In this document: positions 24,639-38,522 of the stretch, piece by piece | Layout: each line of letters starts with the position of its first letter | Position numbering within the stretch: position 1 is the first letter of the stretch | NCBI RefSeq assembly: GCF_006345805.1 | Contig: NC_043005.1 | Location: forward strand, 89,404,001-89,468,000 | Origin: Octopus sinensis | Taxonomy: Eukaryota | DNA: 64,000 nt | Reading direction: 5' to 3' | The notes under the pieces: generated by a model | Seen by the model: only the letters and a program-made list of their open reading frames with translations | Databases searched by the model: none | Told to the model about the DNA's origin: nothing | Program-made: the position numbers and the translations under genes

Positions 24639-25436
24639 CAGTGTGCGATGGGTTAATTATCCCCATTTTATATTTTTAATTTTGAGCATGCATATTGTTT
24701 CTATACACAGTATAGTAGGGTCGGTTGGGCACTGTCTGTGGGAGAAACAGCACCATGATGCAATTCACTCCGCCAGAAATTTGGAAACCACATGCTGTAT
24801 TGGTTGGCATTTGCACCAAAAGCTCCAATACGAACATTTCAGAGTGTTTGGATGTCAATCTGAAGACGTGCTGAGAGAGATAAAAATCAAACATCCAATC
24901 AACATCATGGTGTTTGGAGTGATCGTTAGTGATAGCAATGTTATGCCTCCATTCATCTTCCCACACAGCCTCAAACTCAACATGGAGGCCTACATCAAGC
25001 ACGTGGAGGAAGCAGTGCTGCCATGGTTTCAGGAGGTTAGCTGCTGGAATACCCTATGTCTGGCAACAGGACTCTGCACCATGCCACACAAGCAGGAGAA
25101 CCCAATCATGGCTCTCAGACAATTTCTGTGACCACACCACCCCTAATATCTAGGCACGTAACTCCCCAGACTGCAACAAAGGGGCACAGTTGAATGAGAG
25201 ACCAACAAAACTCCTTGTAACACCAAAGATGAACTGAAGGTAAGGATTATGACAGCATTCCCCAACTAAAACAAAGAGACCATCTAGAAGAGTAAGCCAA
25301 TGGCGATTTTATTCACTAAATTTCCTCTTTAGTATTTCAAGATATTTTTATGTAATTTTGGTAAATATATCTGTTAAAATGAGATGTCAGTGTTATTTTC
25401 ACTTTTGCTAGACGACAGTTTATTCACTGCATCCTG
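24639..25436 (+). mobile_element. maT/DD37D-like Tc1-mariner element, internally deleted
   Basis: Ends CAGTGTGCG and GCATCCTG|TA match the TIRs of 30342-31603; peptides KHPINIMVFGVI, WQQDSAPCHTS, NSPDCN. The third catalytic D is deleted, so DD37D spacing is inferred. Confidence 0.8.
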
Positions 25437-25599
25437 TATATAAAATAGAGGAATTTCCAAATTTTTTGGCCATAAATGTGTTTTACTCATTTTTGTATCT
25501 TGTTCTGCTGATGGTAGGCCAATAGTTGTACTGATGATGCCAATCAAGACTGAAACATGTGTCCACAGCTGTCTTCCAGTCTTCAGAAAACTTGATTGT

Positions 25600-25980
25600 T
25601 TTCCTCCTCAAACACATGGCAATATTAAAGCTGGTAGAATGTTTGGTACTCTGGGCAAAATGGTTCATGGCATTTCGTCTGTCTTTAGAATCTGAGTTCA
25701 AATTCCACCGAGGTTGACTTTGTCTTTTATCCTTTTGGAATCACTATCATAAGTATGGTTAAGTACAGGGGCCGATGTAATTGACCAGCTCCCTGCTCCC
25801 CTGAAACTGTTGGGCTTGCGCTAAAATCTGAAACAAACTGGTTCTTATTTTATCAACCCAGAAAGGATGAAAGGCAAAATCGACCTCAGCAGAATTTGAA
25901 CTCAGAATGCAAAGAAGGACAAAATGCTTTTACAGCATTTTGCCTGGTGTGCTAACCATTCTGCCAGCTCGCTGCCTAAC
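25600..25980. mobile_element. Inverted adjacent pair of SINE family A copies
   Basis: Plus copy 25600-25830 followed directly by minus copy 25835-25980. Confidence 0.75.
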
Positions 25981-26497
25981 ATACACACACGCATTACATA
26001 CATGTACTATGAATATAAGCATCAGAACTGAAGCCTTTACATAGTCAGTTGATCTGCTAAAAATAGCAGCCAAGTTTCCCTCAAGTGTTTTACCATCTTG
26101 CAAAATAGAAGGACAGTTACAGCTGAAGCCACCACCATAACAATTATCATCAGTGGCAAAAAAAAAAAGAAACAAAGAAAACCCCTATGGATGTCTTTAA
26201 AAAAATCAGAAAAACAACTGATGAGATTTGATAAGATACAGGGAACCATTTCTGCTGTGCTACTTTGGAGTTGAAATATGGTAAAGTTTAGTAGCACTGC
26301 CTCAATGGAATTGGTAATGGAATATAAAGAAAGCGATATAAGACAGGAAACTACTTATCTTTCTCACTCTCTTTTTCTATATGTGCATATATGTGTATGT
26401 GTCTTTAAAAATGTATATGTGTGTGTATATATATATATATATATGTGTATGTGTTTGTATATATGTGTGTATATACGTGTGTGTGAGTGTATGTGTA

Positions 26498-26529
<32 letters not shown>

Positions 26530-27129
26530 CACACACACACATATGTATACATACATACATGTACACATATACAAACATACATGTACATATATACACACAT
26601 ACACACAAACACACATTCATACGGTAATAAAAATAACACTTTTATAGACATGGAAGCTGAACATTCACTGAATGAAGAACTCAATAGAAAAGAATGAAAT
26701 ATTTCCAGTAATTTTATTGATAGTAAGCTGCAAATTTCTCCAGAAATGTATATATGACATGTATTTATTATCATCATCATCATCACTATTTAGCATCCAT
26801 GCTCCATGTTCCATGCCTGGGCTGTATGATTTAATAGGATGCAATGAGTCCAAGGAATGCATCGTGTTCCAGGTTTGCTTTGGCATGGTTTTATGCAGTT
26901 GGATGCCCTTCCTAATGCCAGCCACATTGCAGAGTGTACTGGGTGCTTTTTTTATGTTGTACCAGCACTAGTGAGACTGCCATGCAGTTTACAAGACTAC
27001 AAAGTCCGGGAGGCAACTTTCTGTTGGAAGATGAAGGGAAAAAAGTGGGTGAAACTATGAGAGAAAGAAACAGAGGCAGACCAAGTTTTTTGCTGTTGAG
27101 GGGCTTCATTTTAGAAGAGAAGGAGTGAA

Positions 27130-27647
27130 TGAGTGATTGAATGGACACAGATTGATGGCAGGGGAGAGTGGGAGATGAGTGATTGAATGGATTCAGAGAT
27201 TGATGGTGGGGGAGAGTGGGAGATGAGTGATTGAATGGGCTCAGAGATTGATGGTGGGGGAGAGGGGGAGATGAGTGATTGAATGGACTCAGAGATTGAT
27301 GGCAGGGGAGAGTGGGAGATGAGTGATTGAATGGACTCAGAGATTGATGGCAGGGGAGAGTGGGAGATGAGTAATTGAATGGACTCAGAGATTGATGGTG
27401 GGGGAGAGTGGGAGATGAGTGATTGAATGGACTCAGAGATTGATGGCAGGGGAGAGTGGGAGATGAGTGATTGAATGGACTCAGAGATTGATGGTGGGGG
27501 AGAGTGGGAGATGAGTGATTGAATGGACTCAGAGATTGATGGCAGGGGAGAGTGGGAGATGAGTGATTGAATGGACTCAGAGATTGATGGTGGGGGAGAG
27601 TGGGAGATGAGTGATTGAATGGGCTCAGAGATTGATGGCAGGGGAGG
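27130..27647. repeat. 48-bp purine-rich minisatellite, ~10.5 copies
   Basis: Unit GATTGAATGGACTCAGAGATTGATGG(CA/TG)GGGGAGAGTGGGAGATGAGT; period 48 matches the 16-aa repeats in the ORF track. Confidence 0.95.
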
Positions 27648-28029
27648 TGAGAGCTGAGCAGCAGCAAATAATGATGGAAAAATAGACAGAAGAAGGATGG
27701 AGAGAGGGATGATGTTAGATAAGTTGCTGGGAGGGAGAGGCAGGTGTAGCACTTGAGGAGGGTAAGAGATGTATGATGTTAGTTGTATGCTTATGTACAC
27801 AATGGTTTTACTGTCGTGACACCTGGATTTGCTGCACCTGAAGAATTTTGATATTACTTAAGATTAGAATCTGACAGTACAGAGAGCCTAAAGCCTGGGT
27901 TGAGTTCGGCATTGCAAATAACCCATTTTCTCCCTTCCCAGGACCTTACTGTACATTACTCTCTTCAAAGGGGTTTTTTTTTGTTTTTGTTTTGGTTTTT
28001 TTAGATATCTCTTGGCAGATAAAATGCTA

Positions 28030-28520
28030 GCACAAGAAATGAAAAGAGATGCAGTCATTGTTGTCACACCTGTGGAACACAGCGATTTAGAAATTGTCAA
28101 CTTTCTAAATGCTGCAAGATCTTTTGTACACAAAGTTTGAATGAAATCAGAAATGTCTGAAGGAAATATTTCCATTGCATCAAAGAGAATAAAACCATTC
28201 TAAATGTTCAGATGTTACATGAACACAAACAATTCCTCCAGTGAGTTCAAGTCATTACTGATAATGATCCTGAGAAATCAATGAAGGCCATCACCAAAGA
28301 ACTTCAGGTGTCAGAGTGAACTATCAGAACTGTAGTGCAGAAGGACATTCAACAGAGCTTGGACACAGGGAGCAGAGACCAATTCATTATCTGCAAAGAC
28401 ACAGGAAAATTGTTTGATCCGTGTCAAGTAGTTACTTAACAAGGTTAACAAATCTTAAGAATATGGCTTTGGTTCTTCTTTGATGAGAAAAACTTCAACC
28501 AAGACCAAAAGTCTAATAAG
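28030..28520 (+). pseudogene. maT-like transposase N-terminal fragment (related subfamily)
   Basis: DNDPEKSMKAITKELQVSE HTH-like segment and WFFFDEKNF first-D motif; short related piece at 29540-29650. Confidence 0.6.
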
Positions 28521-29119
28521 AAAGGTCAGTTATATAACTGTAATGAAGTTACAAGTCGAAAGGCCAGAAAATACTGGAGAAGGAAAAACAGAACCAGTAT
28601 TCTCAATAAAATTTAAAACCCATAAAACTATGAATCTCAACATTTATTAACCAATATTGTCACATTATTATTAGTATTGAGAATAAAATAAATCAAAATC
28701 ATATTGGTTTGATCACTACTATAATGATCTTAAGTATGGGGAGTATTAAGAAAATGTTAAAAGAATGCATAAGAATTATAAAGGCCATGAGTGTTTATAA
28801 ACATTAAAGGAATTTATCAGATTATAACAAATTATAAAGAATTATAAAGTCTGTAACCAGGATCAAGCAAATAATATAAAGACATCACCTAAGGCTAGAA
28901 GCAAATTTAATGAAGTTATTAAATTAAATTATATAAAATTACAGTCAGTTGTTATCTGCCATTAGAACTAAGAGTAAACAAAAGTAGTTCAAATATGGTC
29001 AGTTCCATGTATTAACAGAATTAAGAGACACTGGGCAACATAAATGTAATACATGAATCTGATTACTAGTAATTAATGTCTATATTCTAGGGTGATAGAT
29101 AAATATCTAGCACTTGGGG

Positions 29120-29460
29120 AAGATTTTAGAGAATCAGTTTAAAACACAAGGAACTTCTACAGATAGAATGAGGGCATTTGATCCTCAGTTCATCTGATCT
29201 TTTAATAAAATCACCCATGCATTTTAAGATTTCCAACAATTCCAAATAGCAGAGATTGCAACTATGTCTATCACTAACATAAGGCTTAGTGTGTGTAGCA
29301 ATGTCCCACATTAGACAACAATCAATATCTTTGTTCTATAACTCCCAGGTAATTGTGGAGGGTGATGTTCTTTTTGCTTTATCACTCCTAAATATATGAA
29401 GATGATTATGTAATCTTGATTTTAAAATGGAAGAAGTGAAATCTACATAAGCGAAAGTAT
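29120..29460 (-). pseudogene. Penelope-like element GIY-YIG endonuclease C-terminal remnant
   Basis: YVDFTSSILKSRLHNH...TWEL*...MWDIATHTKPYVSDRHSCNLCYLELLEIL...KRSDELRIKCPH fits the PLE pattern W..I....PY.....CNLC..E...I.....KRSE...KC.H. Confidence 0.7.
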
Positions 29461-30341
29461 GTGTATTAGTTTTAACACAACATTTATATACAATGTGTTT
29501 TGTTCAGGCATTTATTTCCCAATGGGAATTCAAATTTCTTACAAATACATAATCAAGGTTGTCAACTTTCTAAATGCTGCAAGATCTTTTGTACACAAAG
29601 TCTGGGTGAAATTAGAAGCCTCTGAAGGGAACGTTTCAATTGTATCCCATTGGGATGGGAATATACAAACCCTACCATCATGCAGTAATCAGTTGTGTGT
29701 TAACCACTCAACCACTCCATCTACACTTACATTACCACAGTTATGCAGGTATGATAAACAGCACTCAGTCTCCCAAGTGTCCCAAAATGGTTATACCCTT
29801 TATTTTTACTAATACTGCAGTTGTAGTTATTGCTGTAACCATTATTACAACTATTTACACCAATACATTCTGTAGTACTACTGTAGTTGTTGTTGGTGTT
29901 TATATTATTACATGAATTGTTGAAACTGTGATAGTTCTTCCTCATACTAATTCCATACTTAATATCAGTGTTAACACAAATGCTCACATTATCTGTATAA
30001 TTATCGCAATCCTAATCATCGTTACTATTCTCATAATTATTACCATTATCATTATTGTTTTTATCATTATAATTTGCCTCAACACCATTATTATTGTCAT
30101 CATTACCACTACTACTATTACTTTTGTTGCTGTACATTTATGCATATACACAACCACATACATACATACATATATATATATATATATGTGTGCTTTTGTA
30201 GTCATCTGACTCATCCAGACAAGCAGTGTCACCCTCTCCCAAATATTTGCTCACTTTGATTATGGCAGCCAGTCCAACACCTGCCAGTATGGGAAGTAAA
30301 ACAATGATTATGATGTGTGTGATTATATACATATATACATA

Positions 30342-31603
30342 CAGGGTGCGCTGAATGAATTGTCGTCTAAATCACTCAAAAATGAAAATAACAATGGCAT
30401 CTCATTTTAACAGATACATTTACCAAAATTACAGAAAAATATTTTGAAATATTAATGAGTAAATTTATTCAATAAAATAGCAATTGGCTTCAACCATGGC
30501 CTCCAGACGACTTTGGAATCTCCAGCAACTCTTCTGGATGACCTCCTTGTTTAAGTTGGTGAATGCTGCCATAATCCTTGCCTTCAGTTCATCTTTGGTG
30601 TTACAAGGAGTTTTGTTGGTCTCTCGCTCAACTGCGCTCCACACATAATACAGTCTGGGGTGTTTAGTGGTCAGATGTTTAGGGGTGATGTGGTTGCAGA
30701 AATTGTCTGAGAGCCACGACTGGATTCTCGTGCTTGTGTGGCATGATGCAGAGACCTGTTGTCAGACATTGGGTCTTCCAGCAGCCACTCTCTTGACCCA
30801 GGGTAGCACTACCTCCTCCAGGCACTTGATGAAGGCCTCCATGTTGAGTCTGAGGCCATGTGGGAAGATGAATGGAGGTGTAACATCACCATTACTAGTG
30901 ATCACTCCAAACACCATGATGCTGATTGGATGTTTGGTTTTTATCATTCTTGGTACATATTTTGGGGACACAGCTAGCCAACGGTTGCTCTGTGTGTCCA
31001 CCATCTGATCGTGGCAGAAATCTTTCTCGTCTGAGAAAAACCAGAGCTTGTTCAGTTGGAGGGGATGCTTGAGTTAGTTCAAAAGCTTCGTAGCATGGTC
31101 TTTCCTCTTGTCCTTGATGGCTTGGGATAAAAATTGTCCCTTTATCAACTTGTATGAGGAACACTGAATGTCTTCATGTACTACTTGCCTGATAAGAAAC
31201 TCAGACACTCCCATCTTCCTGGCGGTAGACCTGATTGACTTGGAAGGATTATTGTCAATCATGGCCTGGTTCCCACCAACAAATTCAGTTCTTTTCTTAT
31301 CAGAACAACCAGAGTGAGTTTTCCGAGCTGCCGTACCTTTGTAATCACCATTAGACTCATCCAACACTTTCTGAATCCTCTGCACTTTGAAATGTTCGTA
31401 TTGGAGCTTCCAGCATGAATGCCAAACAGTACAGCATGTCGTTTCCAAATTTCTGGCAGAGTGAATTGTGTCAGTGATGTTTTGCTTATAGATGGTGCCC
31501 AACTGACCCAACTATACTGTGTAGTCAACAAAATCAAAAACAAACAATGTGCATGCGAGAAATTAAAAATGTAAAATGGCAACAATTTATCTGTCGCACC
31601 CTG
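30342..31603 (-). mobile_element. Full-length-size (1262 bp) maT/DD37D-like transposon, decayed
   Basis: TIRs CAGGGTGCG at both ends flanked by TA; FFSDEKDF, KTKHPISIMVFGVITSNGDVTPPFIF, YYVWSAVERETNK; several stops and frameshifts. Confidence 0.9.
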
Positions 31604-31619
31604 TATGTATATATATATA

Positions 31620-32515
31620 TTGTGTCATCCCATAAATAATGCAGGCTTTTTATACTTCTTTTATTTTTCAAAATTAAGATAAACAAAGTTTTGTTTTCAT
31701 CTAAAATATATTCTCCTTCCTTTTCTACAATGCTCTTCCATCTATCTGGTAGACTTGCAAGAGCCCTCTTCCAAAATTCACTTATCTATGATGAAAAATA
31801 CTCCTCCAGCACTGTTCTGACTTCGTCTACAGAAATCATATTTTTTCCATCTAAATGATTTTGAAGAATAAATGATAATCAGATGGAGCAATATCCGATG
31901 AATATGGTGGGTGGGTCATCATTTCCTATTCAAACTGCTCCAGCCTTTGGAATATCATCCTCACTGTATGTGGCCAAACGCTATCCTGATGGAAGAACAC
32001 CTTGAAACCAAAAATGGTCAGCTTTCTTCTGGCGCTGACTTGAATGACTGGTTGAATGATCAAATCCAAGCTTCTCTGCTAGTTCCTCAACAGTTATGAT
32101 GGGATTTTGCTCCACCAGGGTTTGCAAGACACACTTGTTGAGCTCTACAGATCTTTCAGGACAAGGCTCATCTTTTAGGCTGTAGTTTCCAGCTTGAAAT
32201 TTCTGGAACCATCGTTGACACTGGCTTACGTTTATTGTCTAGTCCCCATATACTGCATTAATATTCCTTGCACTTTCCATTGCATTGTTGCTTTTAATGA
32301 ACTCATAAAGCAAAATAAGCCAAATATGCTCCTTTTCCACTTCCATTATAACTTTTAAAAAATAACTGCACTCCTCAAAACTTGCACTAAGAATAAGTAC
32401 AAGGTAAAATTACTACCTGCTTTTATAGCAAGTTGATGCAGGTAGTTTATCCTGTCCCTCTCTGACTTTTAGTTCATGCAATTGAAAAAAATCACATTAT
32501 TTATGGCTTGACCCT
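31620..32515 (-). mobile_element. Internally deleted mariner (DD34D)
   Basis: TIRs TGTCATCCCATAAATAATG and CATTATTTATGGCTTGACCC; QDSVWPH...HPPYSSDIAPSDYHLF with 34 residues between the Ds. Confidence 0.88.
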
Positions 32516-32536
32516 ATATATATATATATATATATA

Positions 32537-33080
32537 TCATCATCATCGTTTAACGTCTGCTTTCCATACTGGCATGAGTTGGACGGTTTGACTGAGGACT
32601 GGCAAGCTGGGAGGCTGCACCAGGCTCCAATCTGATCTGACAAGGTTTCTACAGCTGGACACCCTTCCTAACGCCAACCATTCTGAGAGTGTAGTGGGTG
32701 CTTTTTACATGCCACTAGCATGGAAGCCAGTCAAGCAGAACTGGCATCAACCACAATCAAATGGTGCGTTTTACGTGCCACTCACTTGGGTGCCAGTCAA
32801 GTGACACTGGCATTGCTGATGCTCAAATGGAGCTTTTTATGTGCCACCCGGCATGGGTGCCAGTCAGACGGCACTGGCATTGGCCACAACTATGATTTCA
32901 CTTGGCTCAACAGGTCTTCCCAAGCACAGCATATTGCCTGACGGTTGAAAGGGTAATTTTAAACAGGCCAGTTATGTAACACTGGAATTGGCCTCGGTTA
33001 TGATCTCACTTGGCTTGTCAGGTCTTCTCAAGCACTGCATATCTCCAAAGGTCTTGGTTGCTTGTCACTGCCTCTTTGAG
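32537..33080 (-). mobile_element. RTE 3' tail copy that reaches back into the ORF2 end
   Basis: Tail plus about three UTR units plus two copies of CACTTGGCT..CAGGTCTTC.CAAGCAC.GCATA, homologous to 49176-49220. Confidence 0.75.
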
Positions 33081-33245
33081 ACAGACAGATAGGTAGATTT
33101 ACACACGCACACATCTATATATATATACATGCTTATATATGTGTGTCGTCCTCATTATTTAACGTCCTCCTTCCATGCTGTCCTGGGTTGATCGATTTGA
33201 AAGGAGCTAGCCAGGCAGAAGACTGCACCATACTCCTGTGTATGC

Positions 33246-33302
<57 letters not shown>

Positions 33303-33413
33303 AAGTTTTATGGTCGTAACTTCAACCGTGCCATGTCTGTTGTGAATTTTGCTACACAGGTATCGGTTATCTTTCGAATTATCCGTAATAAGATAATTCA
33401 TTTGTCTACTTAA

Positions 33414-33461
<48 letters not shown>

Positions 33462-33676
33462 TCATCATCATCATCATTTAACGTCCGTTTTCCATCTAGT
33501 ATGGGTTGGGTGGTTCGACCGGGGTCTGGTAAGCCATGGAGGCTGCACCAGGCTCCAGTCTGGTTTGGCAGTGTTTCTACAGCTGGATGCCCTTCCTAAT
33601 GCCAACCACTCTGTGAGTGTAGTGGGTGTTTTTTACATGCCACCGGCACAGGGGCCAGAGTAGGCTGGCAAATGGC

Positions 33677-33712
<36 letters not shown>

Positions 33713-33974
33713 CGCACACACATATACAGACACACACACACATACACATTCATTTATGTACGTGCATGGCTCAGACAAAATTTGTCGAATCTGATTTTCT
33801 ATAGCTGGATGCCCTTGCTGTTACAAACCCTCACCTCTTCCAAGTAATTTATCTTGAAGGCTGGACATGTAGACATGTAGACATGTAAGACTAGAGGTAA
33901 ACAACACTGCTTGTATGACAGAGACGCTCGACTACAAATGTCATGTGACATTAGAACAATGAACACATATGTAC

Positions 33975-34350
33975 ACATCTTATATCTTTTACTGGTTTCA
34001 GTCATTAGACTGTGGCCATTCTGGGGCAAAGCTTTGAAGAGTCTTTTAGTCAAATGAATTGACTCCAGGATTTATATATATATTTTTTAAGCCTGGCACT
34101 TATTCTATCAGTGTCTTTTGACAAACTGCTAAGTTATGGGGATGTAAACATACCAACACAAGTTGTCAAGTGGTAGTAGGGGACAAATACAGGCACAAAG
34201 AGCCCACACACACATGACAAGTTTCTTTCAGTTTCCATCTAGCATATCTGGCTGTAGTAAAGACACTTGCCTAAGGTGCCATGCAGTGGAATTGACTCTG
34301 GAGCCATGCAGTTAAAAAGTAAGCTTCTTACCACACATCCACACCTGTGA
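33975..34350 (-). mobile_element. CORE-type SINE
   Basis: Family tail, GACACTTGCCTAAGG CORE motif and head. Confidence 0.7.
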
Positions 34351-35029
34351 CTATATAAATATTGATGACTGTTTATTATGCAATGTCAAGAATAGGAGAA
34401 ACACCTGCCTTTCACACACACATAACACAGATATACATATATACATACATATATATATAATCAAAATAAGCAACAAGGATATCCAAGGTAGTGTAGTACA
34501 ATCGTTTCATGCTACTTCATTTTATTAAACAATGTAAGTATTACATCAGTTTTAAAATGTAAAGCAATCTTCAACCACATCTAGAATTTTTTTAATTAAA
34601 TGGACAATGTACATTTTTATACTTATTTCATTTGCCAACATTACAAAGAGGGTAGATATATTCATCTGAATTTAAATTTTGATGAACTTATACACACACA
34701 CACACTTATATAGACACACTAGGATCTTCTATCAGTTTCTGTCTGCCAAATCCACTTACAATCATCATATTGGCCCAGGGCTATTGTATAAGACACTTGA
34801 CCAAGGTGCCACACAGTGGGACTGAACTTGGAACCACATGGTTGGGATGTGAACTTCTGAACCACACAACTATGCATGCATTTAAGTCAAATAGTTTTGT
34901 GTGTGAGTGCACACATATGTGTATGTTGTATGTATGTGCATGTGTGTGTGTGTGTGTGTGTGCGTGCATCTGCATACATCTGTGTGTGTGTGAATGTGTG
35001 ACTATGTATCTGTGCATATCTGAGTGTGT

Positions 35030-35061
<32 letters not shown>

Positions 35062-36289
35062 CCATATGCCGATGTGTTTGTGTGTATGTCACACAACCAA
35101 TGATACCATTAATCTTTCCTTTTAGCAATAAATTCCAGAAAATACTTTTCTCCTGCTACGACAGAATAAGAAATTGCAAATGAGAAGTGTCCAACATCCC
35201 AGCACACTTCTGTGCGTATGTGTGTGTGTGCGTGTGTGCCAGTGTTTATGCATGGCAGTGATGTGACTGGATACTCATGTGACAGTATGTCTGTATATGC
35301 ATGTATATGTATACACACACACACACACACACACACAAGACATACGAGTGCATATTTGTGTTTGTGTATCTGTGTGCGAACGTTTGCATGTGTTCATGCA
35401 CGCATGCGCATGTCTCAGGTTGTATGTGTTATTAGCAAAAACTATGAAGTCGTGGTAGGCATTCACAAACCCAAATATACAAAACGATGGTTCAACTCCA
35501 TGGTGCACCATTCCACTTGACTTGTTCCTTGCACCAGCAATTTCTAAACACAGACAATAACTCGAAGAGGGATGGGCTTCGCTCAGCCGATTCTTTCTTC
35601 TCAACACACAACACGAACACAAAGACTTCAAGGCTGACCTGTCAAGCTATTGATAATTATACAACTGTTCTATTGATATATATACAATTGAAATGACTAA
35701 GTCAATATGGATTGAATGTACTCAGCTCATACACAAGTTCATAACCGATGCAGACATTTTGTTGTGGCTTTGTTTGTGGCTCACAATTATATACATTGCT
35801 GATGTGTGAATATTGCGGGTAAGATTTACCACATTATCTGATGCTTGCAGTACAAAACTGGTGGCCTATGAAAAGTAGCAATTCATTTCACATCTGCTGA
35901 ATGTGGTTCTGAATCTAGAGACATGAAACAAAATTTAGGAGTGTCTGAGTCATATGAAACCTCACAAGTCGGTTTTTATTATTTTTCTGGTTTTAACTCC
36001 AAAAGAAAAATACTAAAATATTTTGCTGTGACCTAATAACATCATCATTTAAGATCTGCTTTTCATGCTGGCATGGGTTGGATAGTTTGACAGGAGATGG
36101 CAAGGTTGGAGAGTCGCACCAGATTCCATCATCTGTTTTGGTTTGGTTTCTATAGTCGGATGCCCTTCCTAATGCCAACCACTTTACAATGTGTACTGGG
36201 TGCATTTTACGTGGTATCAGCACCAGTGCTTTTTACGTGGTACCATCAATTTATATGACACTATGGCTTTAAGACCTAATAATAATAAT

Positions 36290-37030
36290 CATTATCATTA
36301 TTTAACATCTACTTTCCATGCTGGCATGGGCTGGATGGTTTGACTGACGACTGAGGAGCCAGAAGGCTGCACCAGGCTCCAATCTGATCTGGCAAAGTTT
36401 CTACAGCTGGATGCCCTTCCTAATGCGAATCACTCCAAGAGTGTAGTGAGTGCTTTTACGTGCCATCGGTACAAGGGCCAGTGAGGTGGTTCTGGCATCG
36501 GCCATGCTCAAATGGTGCTTTTTACATGCCACCTGCACAGGAGCCAGTCAGGCAACAACCACGCTTGAAGGGTGCTTTTTACGTGGCACCGGCATGGGAG
36601 CCAGTCTGGTAGCAGTGGCAATGATCACACTCGAATGGTGCTTTTAATGTTCCACTTAAAGGAAGGAGGTAAGTCGACTACACTGGCCTCAGGGCTCATT
36701 TAATCAACCCCAAAAGAATGAAAGGCAAAAGAAACTTTGGCAGGATTTCATTTTAGAAAGTAAAGAGTCATTAGAGATTCTGCCAAGCATTTTGCTTAAC
36801 ATGCTAATGATTCTACTGCTTTGCCGCCTCCTAATAATAATTTTGGTACAAGGCCAATAATTTCGAGGGGAGGGGACAAGTTGTTTACATCAACCCCATT
36901 ACATGACTGGTACCTATTTTATGAATCCATTAAGGATGAAAGGCAAAGATGACCTCAGTGGAATTTGAACTCAGAATGTAAAGAGCTGGAAAAAATGCTG
37001 CTGAACATTCATTCCAACACTGTAACAATT
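36290..37030 (-). mobile_element. RTE 3' tail (36290-36650) followed by two SINE family A copies
   Basis: Tail motifs, then two GAAAGGCAAA-containing central blocks. Confidence 0.7.
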
Positions 37031-37969
37031 CTACCATTATGTCTTTATAGCAATTCTATCTTGGAAAAATAACATCATGAAGAACACACGAAACCTCTTA
37101 TAAGCAGTTTGAAGCATTAAAACTGTCATCCGACTGCTACGACCTCATCACTGACGCAGTTCCATCTGCAAAGGAACCAAATTGTGTGGGTAGGACAAAA
37201 ATATTGACATCTCACAAACTAAATGCAAAATGAATATCACAAGATTTTGTGTGCGTTCGTGTGTCCTAAAACTGGCTAAAATAGTTCCTCCAAAACATGA
37301 TTGTTCCATTTTAACACATGTTCTCAGAGCAAGTCACTTGTTACATGGGTGCAACTCTGAGCGAATATGTGTGTATATGATATATACATATATACACACA
37401 CATATAATCATATATATATATATATCATCATAGTTGTTTCAACATCCACTTTTCCATGCTAGCATGGGTTGGACAGAATTTGTTGAGGCAGATTTTCTAT
37501 GGCCGGATGCCCCTCCTGTGGCTAACCCTCACATTTCCTCATGACCAGACATGTTTCCACATTGTGTGATAGCGATGCTTGTTTACAATTTCATGTGATG
37601 TCAAGACAAGGAGACAAAAAAGTTATAGTAGAAGACACTTGCCCAATGTGCCACGCAGTGGGACTGGACCCGGAACTATGTGGTTGGGAAGTAAGCCTCT
37701 TACTTGACTGAGGGGTGGCAAACCAGGAGGCTGCACCAGGCTCCAATCTGATCTGGCAAGGTTTCTATATCTGCCTGCCCTTCCTAACACCAACCACTCC
37801 AAGAGTGTAGTGGGTTTTTATGTGCCACCAGCATGGAGGCCAGGCAGGCAGTACTAGCATCAGCCACGCTTGAATGGTGCTTTTTACGTGCCACTGGCAC
37901 AGGACCAGTCAGTATATATTACATACATACATACACACACACAGAGAGAAAATGTCTACATATATAGCT

Positions 37970-38370
37970 TTTATATTTTACTTGTTTCAGTGATTAGAGT
38001 GAGACCATACTGGAGTACTACCTTGAGGAATTTTAGTCAATTGAATTAACCCCAGTACTTATATTTTTTTTAAGCCTCATACTTATTCTATCTATCCTAT
38101 CTGCCAAACTGCTAAGTTATGGGGATGTAAACACACCAAAATCAAGTGGTGGAGTGGGACAAAACCCAGACACACATAAATATTTGTGTGTGTGTGTGTG
38201 TGTGTGTACACACACACATGCTGAACTTCTTTTAGTTCTAGTCTATGAAATCCACTCAAAAAGCTTGGTTGACTCAAGGTTACAGTAGGAGATACTTGCC
38301 CAAGGTGACATGCAGTGGGACTGAATGCAGAACCATGTGGGTGGGAAGAAAACTTCTTACCACACAGCAA
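37970..38370 (-). mobile_element. CORE-type SINE
   Basis: Family tail to CTTCTTACCACACAGC head. Confidence 0.7.
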
Positions 38371-38522
38371 CTCTTGTGCCCATACATATTTGTGTGCATG
38401 TGTGTGTGTGTGTATGCATATGTGTGTGAGTGCTACTACCGCCTTGCCTCATGACTGTTCAATAAATGAATGTCTCTCTCGTGCAAGCAATGTCCTGTGT
38501 TTCCAATCTGCAGTTAACATGT

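Noticed and set aside
26912-27800. 251-aa and 229-aa repetitive ORFs
   Set aside because: Translations of a 48-bp minisatellite with no domain, splice or start support.
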